From positions 1 through 64,000 of the forward strand of contig JBLIRN010000003.1 of the NCBI GenBank assembly GCA_049472315.1: 64,000 nucleotides of DNA. Reading direction: 5' to 3'. The stretch comes from a bacterium. Its GTDB lineage: Bacteria > SZUA-182 > DTGQ01 > JAFGSM01. Under the pieces are notes generated by a model, which did no database searches, was not told the origin of the DNA, and worked only from the letters and a program-made list of their open reading frames with translations. This document shows positions 51,316-58,232 of the stretch, piece after piece; position 1 is the first letter of the stretch; every line of letters begins with the position of its first letter. The position numbers and the translations under genes were made by a program.

Positions 51316-52821
51316 TCAATCGATCCCGATGATTCTCCCGCTTTTCAGGTGGAGGGTTATCTCGCTATCCGGCATGGGTATGTCATTGATGAGACGGATC
51401 GCATCCTGGGGGTCGAAGAGGAAGGAACCGGCATTCCCATCGGGGGTTCTGCCCAGGCACAGGGTATGGAGATCCCCGAAACGGGCGATCCTTTCGGGAA
51501 TAAAGGGAATGCGGGCGTCACCTCCGGGGGCGTAGGCCAGGGCCTCCAGGTAGTGACGATAGAAGGTCAGGTCGGTGATCGATGCGTTCCCTTCCCTGCA
51601 TGCCGCCTCGGCGACCGCCAGGGAGACCTCCACCAGGAGACGGTGATCGAAGGGCTTGGGTATTATGTACTGGGGGCCGAACGAAAGGTCGGCATCGGGA
51701 TACGCCGCCCTGACATGGTCCGGTGCCTCGAGCCGGGCAACGCCGGCAAGGGATTCGGCCGCCGCTCGTTTCATGGAGGGGCTGATCCGTTTTGCCTGTA
51801 CGTCCAGCGCCCCCCGGAAGATGTAGGGGAATCCCAGCACATTGTTTATCTGGTTGGGGTAGTCCGATCTGCCGGTGGCCATGATGTACGGCCTTTTTCC
51901 CATGGCCTCCCTGACCTCCTCGGGCGTTATCTCCGGATCGGGATTGGCCATGGCGAAGATGGCCGGATAATCGGCCATGGACCGGACCATGGCGGGGGTG
52001 ACCAGCCGCGGGACGGATACGCCGATGAACACGTCCGCATTCTGCATGGCGTCCGCAAGGCTCCTCTTCGACGTACTCGCTGCAAAGGCCGTTTTGTAGG
52101 GATTCAGGTCGTCACGCCGGTCGTGGATGACCCCCTTGCTGTCGACCAGCAGGATGCGTCTTACCCCTTCGTTCTTGATGGTTTCGGCGATCCTGATGCC
52201 GGCGGCGCCTGCACCGTTGATAACCACCGAGAGGTCTTCGAGTGCCTTGTGTGCAAGATACGCATAATTTTTCAAGCCGGCAAGGGTGATAATGGCGGTG
52301 CCCCACTGATCGTCATGGAATACCGGACAATCGACCCGTTCCTGAAGCTGCTCCTCGACTGCAAAACAGGCAGGGGCGGCGATGTCCTCGAGGTTGATCC
52401 CCCCGTACATGCATGCGAGGCTCGCTGCCGTATCAACCAGCCGCTCCGTGTCCGTCGGGCCGCTGTTCCCTCCTGTTCGGCAATGCTCGAGGGGTACCGG
52501 CCAGGCATCGATACGGGCGAAGAGCTTGAACAGGACCGCCTTCCCCTCCATCACCGGTATGCTCGCCCGGGGGCCGATGTCCCCAAGTCCGAGCACCGCG
52601 GTCCCGTCGGTCACCACAGCCACGAGATTCCCCCTGGAGGTATACCTGAATATGTCGTCGGGATGCTCCCTGATCGCCAGACATGGCCGGGCCACCCCGG
52701 GCGTGTAGGCAATACTCAGGGATCGCTGATCGGTGAGTGCCTTGAGGGCCTCCATCCCCACCTTTCCACCGAGGTGGTAGCTGAAGATCTCCTGCTCTGG
52801 TATGCGCACTGTCTCGGACAT
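51316..52821 (-). CDS. NAD(P)-dependent malic enzyme with a short unexplained C-terminal extension
   Basis: AYTPGVA, TDGTAVLGLG, INLEDI, FHDDQWGT, GAGAAG, TGRSDYPNQINN. Confidence 0.93.
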   Translation of the reverse strand: MSETVRIPEQEIFSYHLGGKVGMEALKALTDQRSLSIAYTPGVARPCLAIREHPDDIFRYTSRGNLVAVVTDGTAVLGLGDIGPRASIPVMEGKAVLFKLFARIDAWPVPLEHCRTGGNSGPTDTERLVDTAASLACMYGGINLEDIAAPACFAVEEQLQERVDCPVFHDDQWGTAIITLAGLKNYAYLAHKALEDLSVVINGAGAAGIRIAETIKNEGVRRILLVDSKGVIHDRRDDLNPYKTAFAASTSKRSLADAMQNADVFIGVSVPRLVTPAMVRSMADYPAIFAMANPDPEITPEEVREAMGKRPYIMATGRSDYPNQINNVLGFPYIFRGALDVQAKRISPSMKRAAAESLAGVARLEAPDHVRAAYPDADLSFGPQYIIPKPFDHRLLVEVSLAVAEAACREGNASITDLTFYRHYLEALAYAPGGDARIPFIPERIARFGDLHTLCLGRTPDGNAGSFLFDPQDAIRLINDIPMPDSEITLHLKSGRIIGID

Positions 52822-52980
52822 GCTGTCAAACTTCCAATAACGGGCGTTCAGCGTATGATTGTGCAAAGGGAGGTGATATATTGGAATCCGCGCCGGAGGC
52901 CGTGGAAGGTCGATGCCCCTTTTGGGCCGGTTCCCTTCGTGACACCGAATAACGAAAGGGCATCAGGTAACATGCGCCTA

Positions 52981-53502
52981 TCACCGGGAACAACTGCAGT
53001 TGCGTGAGGGTTTCCCTTGCTGTGCGGCCTTTGTCTCGACAGGCTGTACACGTGCATCCTCAAAGAATATCGCGGCCTCGTGTTCCGCCTCTTCTTTGGT
53101 CCTGGATCGGTGGACCAGATTGTTGACCGCCCTTTCTTCGGCAATGGAGCGGGCTATGGAGTCGCTGCTCAAGCTGCGGATGGTGCCGGGTTTTGCCTTG
53201 GCAGGATCGGTGTCACCGACAAGGTCAACAAGATCCTCGACAAAATCCTTCTTGTAGGGATAGTCCTCCCTTTCCTCCAGGATAAAGACCTTGATGGGTC
53301 TGCCCCTGAAGAAATTCAGGAGCCGTTCGTAAAAGAATGCCCCCCGATGCATGGCATAGAGCCGCTCGATCCTCCCCATATCGGCAGGGTCAAAGGCTTT
53401 GGAGGCGACGATCCGGGCAAGGGGTTCCACCATGGACATGATCTTTCCCTCCATGGCCATTCCGTCCGGCTTGATCATAAAAAAGATTCTCTGTTTCGGC
53501 AT
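52981..53502 (-). CDS. Divergent nucleoside-diphosphate-kinase-like protein 2
   Basis: FMIKPDG, GDTDPAKAKPGTIR, NNLVHRS, EAEHE. Confidence 0.85.
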   Translation of the reverse strand: MPKQRIFFMIKPDGMAMEGKIMSMVEPLARIVASKAFDPADMGRIERLYAMHRGAFFYERLLNFFRGRPIKVFILEEREDYPYKKDFVEDLVDLVGDTDPAKAKPGTIRSLSSDSIARSIAEERAVNNLVHRSRTKEEAEHEAAIFFEDARVQPVETKAAQQGKPSRNCSCSR

Positions 53503-53515
53503 GATGTGGTATCCT

Positions 53516-54250
53516 TCAGATGGTTTTCAGCGCGTACTTGGCAATAATGCTCTTGAGCGGCTGGCTCGGGTTACGGTCGCCGTTTCGGTATTCGACAAGG
53601 TCCTGATAGTCGCTCTTCCAGACGAGGTTCCCGGGTGCGATGATGCACTTGCTCCCCTCCACATAGGATGACGTTATCTTAATCCCCTGCTCGGCAAGGG
53701 GGTCGGGGAGGATGTAGAAGTGCTCCCGTGATTCTTGATAGGGGAAGAGGCGGTGCTGGAAGGGAAACTCCCCCGGTTCGAACCAGAGCTTTATCTCCCG
53801 TTCTGCCTCCTGTGGATTCCCCGATGCGTGAACGGCGTTATCGATGAGTTCCTCCTGGTCCACGGAATAATCCGTGTAGCTGAGCTGTGAACGCAGGGTA
53901 ATGATCCCCTCGGTCTTTGCCAGTATCTTGCAGTCCCTCGGTTTCGTGGGACCGAAGTATTCCTTGATCCCCTGGACGATCCCGGGGGCCTCATAGGTGA
54001 TGGCTACGACCCTCCTCTTTTCAGGCTGGGTGGGATAGTGCAGTTCTCCCATGATGTACTTGATGGTGGCTTCAAAAAAGGGCTTTCCCTGGATATTGGC
54101 GTAGTGTGCCTCTGCGAGCTCTCTGGTGACGCGGACCACCTTGGCGGCTGCAATGACCGGGTTGAGGACCGCCGATACCCGCTCGATGATGAATCCGGTC
54201 AGTGAATAGAGGAGGGCGTCGGGCTTTATCAGGACCAGTGTCTGCTGCAT
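53516..54250 (-). CDS. Nucleoside-diphosphate-kinase-like protein 1 with insertions and C-terminal extension
   Basis: TLVLIKPDA, AEAHY...GKPFF, DNAVHASG, EAEREIKLWF. Confidence 0.88.
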   Translation of the reverse strand: MQQTLVLIKPDALLYSLTGFIIERVSAVLNPVIAAAKVVRVTRELAEAHYANIQGKPFFEATIKYIMGELHYPTQPEKRRVVAITYEAPGIVQGIKEYFGPTKPRDCKILAKTEGIITLRSQLSYTDYSVDQEELIDNAVHASGNPQEAEREIKLWFEPGEFPFQHRLFPYQESREHFYILPDPLAEQGIKITSSYVEGSKCIIAPGNLVWKSDYQDLVEYRNGDRNPSQPLKSIIAKYALKTI

Positions 54251-54682
54251 CTTTCGCTCTTTAAGCAAGGAAAAGCTCATGCTTCGTTACATATCATAAA
54301 TGTTGTCGGGATATACTCCCAGAGTCCGGAGGGATTCCACCACTCCGCGAAAACGAAATTGCGCGTTATTATAGTGGATTGCCTGACAAAGATCAAGGTT
54401 TGCTCCCCCCTGTGTCAAAAAAGACATCTTTCATTTCCTCCTGATTATTTGTAGAATTAATGGCATATCCGGATTGTAAAAGCTGGAAGCCTAAAGGCAG
54501 TGAGCAACCGATTCCTCACGCCCTCTTGCATGGCCTTGCCCGTGATTCCAAGGCTCAAGATCACGGATAAGGGCCTCCTCCATGTGGATCGAAAAGATTA
54601 CAGCATGCGGAGAATCGCTGTACCGGCAGTCTTTGGGAGGCACCTGCCCCATAAGCCACTATTGACAAAGGCGATTAGCTTC

Positions 54683-55555
54683 ATGAGCGATGTGCTTCAT
54701 ATCACGAGCGGCGACTGCGCAGGGGGCAGCCTGTCAAGGTCGGGCATTTCCGGGGAGGTGTTCGTATGGCACGACATCCTCTACGACGGCCCCCGAAACC
54801 CCGGCTGGCCCGATGGGGACACCCTCGATGCCCGTGCACGGTTCCTTGAGCAGGCAACCGGCGGCGGACTGGACCGGGAGTATGTTCTGAACACACTGAA
54901 CGGCCAATACCGAAAGCTCGCGGAGGCAGCAGGCTACGACCGCATCGTCCTGTGGTTTGACGCGTGCCTGTTCGATCAGTCCATGCTCGCGCACATCCTG
55001 ACATGCCTGATTCACCAGGACATCCAGAGGGCGGAGCTTCTCTGTGTGGATGCATTTCCCGGAATCGTACCATTCAACGGGCTTGGCCAGCTACAACCCT
55101 CTCAGTTTGCATCGCTGTATGACCGCAGACGCCCGGTCACGGATTCCCAGTTCAGGTTTGCCGTGGTCGTGGACAGGGCATTTGCCACGCAGGATTCAGC
55201 GCTGTTTTCCGAATTGGCAAAAGGGACTAATGCACCCTTGCCATGGGTCCCCTCGGCAGTTCAGCGATGGCTTCAGGAAAAGCCGGACCCGGCAACCGGA
55301 CTGGGCCGGCTGGAGCATCTTGCCCTGGAGGCTATCCGTAGCGGCTGTGATACGCCGGGCGCAATCTTCTCATCCGTGGCAGCGGCTGATACGCCTCCGC
55401 AATTCTGGGCAGACATCACATTGTGGGCGAAGATCAATGCACTGGCGGACCGCACCCCCCCGCTTGTGCGGATCGAAGGTCCGGCTGAAAGGCTGCCCCA
55501 ATGGGAGAGCACGGTGGAGTTGAATAGCTTCAGGATCAGGAGCCTGCCGGACTAG
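54683..55555 (+). CDS. DUF1835-like protein
   Basis: LHITSGD, WHDILYDGP, IVLWFDACLFDQ, GLGQL, GLGRLE. Confidence 0.75.
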   Translation: MSDVLHITSGDCAGGSLSRSGISGEVFVWHDILYDGPRNPGWPDGDTLDARARFLEQATGGGLDREYVLNTLNGQYRKLAEAAGYDRIVLWFDACLFDQSMLAHILTCLIHQDIQRAELLCVDAFPGIVPFNGLGQLQPSQFASLYDRRRPVTDSQFRFAVVVDRAFATQDSALFSELAKGTNAPLPWVPSAVQRWLQEKPDPATGLGRLEHLALEAIRSGCDTPGAIFSSVAAADTPPQFWADITLWAKINALADRTPPLVRIEGPAERLPQWESTVELNSFRIRSLPD

Positions 55556-55571
55556 CCGGAAGCGGAAGGAC

Positions 55572-56882
55572 CTATCTCAGGTAGGAAAGCTCCTTGGGCA
55601 GGGGTTGATCCTTCCCCATGGTATCCTCGCCGTAATTGACGCTCGCCAGGATCTTCAGGTCCTCAAGCGTCCTCTTATCACCGACGAAGGTCACCTTTTG
55701 TATGTTGTCCCTGGCGAGCTTCCCCCCTGCCCAGGTGATGCTCAGGATGCTGCTTGCATCGAACCGGTCCTCGCCCACATACATGGATACCTCCGAACCG
55801 TAGTGATTGACGATCTTCGCCACCAGGGTGGCCGGCCTGAGGTGAAAACCGAGGTTTCTGGGGATGGGTAATTCTATGGAACCCTTGGAGGTGTAATCCT
55901 CCAGGAGTTCTTCGGCCAGGTTCTTCCCGTAGGCCACGAACTTTCTGCAATAGTACAAGGCCCAGGTGACGATATAGTCAAGGATGCATTCCGTCTGCAT
56001 CTCCCTGTGTATCTCCTGATGGATCTTCGGATGACGTTCGTAAAAATGCGTCCATGCCCGGGCCGCCTCCAGGAGCAACAGCGGAATGGAGATATAATTC
56101 CGCAGATGTGACAGCCGGGGATCCTTGTCCTCACGGGATCGGTCATTGACATAGGTGTCATAGACGGATTCGAGGTTGTGCATCTCCAATTCAAAACTCC
56201 GGATGCATTCCTCGTTGATCACATCCGGGACGATCTGTTTTATTTTTTTAACCTTTTGTTTATCGGTGTGACAGGCGACCGGGTCAAAGTTTTGGGCAAG
56301 GTTCTGGTAGAGGGAGCAGATCTTCGCGATATCCTTCTCTTCGTTGCCGTAAAATGTCCGCACCTTGGTAATCGGAAGGGGAAGGTGTTCCAGAGAGATA
56401 TTCTCCTCAACCGGATCGAAATTTTTTGGGGAAGGCTGGATGCCGAGCTCCCGGGCCCGCAGCAGCAGTTTCTTGAAGATATAGGTAAGGGCCTTTTCGT
56501 GGAAATGCCGGACCTGCTCCAACCGGCGGAAGAATTCCGTAAAATCCTTCAGCTCGATGCTGTCCGGGGGATATCGTTTTTGAATGAAGACGATCAGATA
56601 CCCGGTCTGTCCAAATCCCCGGGCAGTGGCCACGAGTTCCCTGAAATAGAACCAGCGCTTATTTCGCCGCGCACCATGATCATCCAAAAAATCCTCCAAC
56701 ATCCGTGCATTGGCGATGAGCATGCTCAGGAATGCCCTGCTGCGGATCATACGTTCGGGATTCACCCCTTCGACGACCATGCATTGGCTCAAGAGACCGT
56801 GGGCATATTCCTCGGCGAGGGTACGAAACCTCTTATGGGGAAAGCCAGTTTTTGGCCGGGAGGTTGTGTCGGTCGATTTCAT
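55572..56882 (-). CDS. Large protein with C-terminal HPr phosphocarrier domain
   Basis: LGFHLRPATLVAKIV (His15-type) and FDASSILSI (Ser46-type) after about 330 aa of helical-looking sequence. Confidence 0.88.
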   Translation of the reverse strand: MKSTDTTSRPKTGFPHKRFRTLAEEYAHGLLSQCMVVEGVNPERMIRSRAFLSMLIANARMLEDFLDDHGARRNKRWFYFRELVATARGFGQTGYLIVFIQKRYPPDSIELKDFTEFFRRLEQVRHFHEKALTYIFKKLLLRARELGIQPSPKNFDPVEENISLEHLPLPITKVRTFYGNEEKDIAKICSLYQNLAQNFDPVACHTDKQKVKKIKQIVPDVINEECIRSFELEMHNLESVYDTYVNDRSREDKDPRLSHLRNYISIPLLLLEAARAWTHFYERHPKIHQEIHREMQTECILDYIVTWALYYCRKFVAYGKNLAEELLEDYTSKGSIELPIPRNLGFHLRPATLVAKIVNHYGSEVSMYVGEDRFDASSILSITWAGGKLARDNIQKVTFVGDKRTLEDLKILASVNYGEDTMGKDQPLPKELSYLR

Positions 56883-57266
56883 ATCCCACTACCTATGTAA
56901 CGCCAAAGTTTCACTGTCGTGTCAGAGGGAGTGAACCCTTTGTAATATCCAGCAGGTGGGAGGAGAATCCATAGTATCATTCTTATTATTGTATACCATA
57001 AATGACATACAGGCAATTTTTTGACTCATGGATCGATACAAGAGGGGTTCGTATGCCGTTGATGGATTGTTCGAAATAATCCGTGGTGAAACAATGGGAT
57101 AACGTATATCATGCATTATAAGGGATAGGGCATGATTGCCGCACAATGGGAAGAGGCCGTCTTCCACCGGCCCTGTCGTAAGGGGCAGCATGTTTTTTAT
57201 GGTGTCAGACGGCCTCATTCCATCCGCTGCTGTCAATGTGAAAGAACGTCTATTACATCAGAAGAG

Positions 57267-57821
57267 CTACAGCCCCCATATCTGTGCGGCCGTCAGCAGG
57301 CTTGCCAATGGGATGCCGAAGTTCGCAGTGGGATAGGTCGCGAGGAATGAGAGATTTCCCTGCCCCACGAATGGACCGAACGTAGCGAGGTCCGTGGGGG
57401 GAAGAAGCCCGAAATCCACAGGGAGAGTCAGGGGTGCAGGCAGTCCAGTGAGGGAATCGAGAAGATTCGACGGGGGCCATGGATTGAGACCGAAATAGGG
57501 ATCGAAGTAGGTTATGCCGCCTCCCAGTATCCCGGGGATATTGTACAGAAGCCACGGAAATTGACGCGCAGGATTCCATACGAGGCCCGGTTGAACAGGC
57601 AGGCTGGTGCCGGCGGTCAATTGGGAAATCAGGGGGGTCGCAAGACCGGTGACCGCATCGACCGGAGAAAGTGCAGGAGACCAGAGCGGCCAGAGAAGAT
57701 TATACGGGGGAAGGGCGGACCAGTACTGGGCGCGTGCCGATGGCGCGCTGATGAGCACCACAGCCATTAGGATTACAAGTGTCATTACCCCCCATTTCAA
57801 AATGTTTATTTTTCCAAACAT
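57267..57821 (-). CDS. Secreted Pro/Leu/Trp-rich hypothetical protein
   Basis: AGGAGG RBS; signal peptide ending ARA; mature part QYWSALPPYNLLWPLWSP..., nearly uncharged. Confidence 0.85.
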   Translation of the reverse strand: MFGKINILKWGVMTLVILMAVVLISAPSARAQYWSALPPYNLLWPLWSPALSPVDAVTGLATPLISQLTAGTSLPVQPGLVWNPARQFPWLLYNIPGILGGGITYFDPYFGLNPWPPSNLLDSLTGLPAPLTLPVDFGLLPPTDLATFGPFVGQGNLSFLATYPTANFGIPLASLLTAAQIWGL

Positions 57822-58232
57822 GGCAAACCTCCTAAATGCAAAAAAAAACGTGGACACTGCAAAACGGATCTCATGTAAGGCGCAATTCAGGTGTGTTTAA
57901 ACGAACTGCTTATACCTCCTTGTGGAACGAACCGACAGGTGTTAAAAGGATGCCTTATACCGGATGGTTACTTCTCACCTCCCTTCGTCTCGATTCATCC
58001 AACAGGCTTCTGGAAAGGGAGCGCCTTCTGTGTGCATGACGGTTTGAAACACCACCCCTCACGCCGACAATCGTAGGGTATGTAAGGACTGCCGAGTCCA
58101 TGCGGGGAATCGGTACAATTCCCTTCATAGTCATTGCTGGGGAAAAACCTTTTATTTACTATAAATTTTAACAAGGGCGGCACAAAATGTAAAGGGAATG
58201 GGGTGGATTCCGGGGGCATTGCCAGCAGGGGA

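Noticed and set aside
46501..53007. Long plus-strand ORFs (46501-48069, 49290-50312, 49813-50814, 51202-53007)
   Set aside because: Antisense shadows of tldD, aroB', aroA' and malic enzyme, typical of GC-rich coding DNA; no motifs
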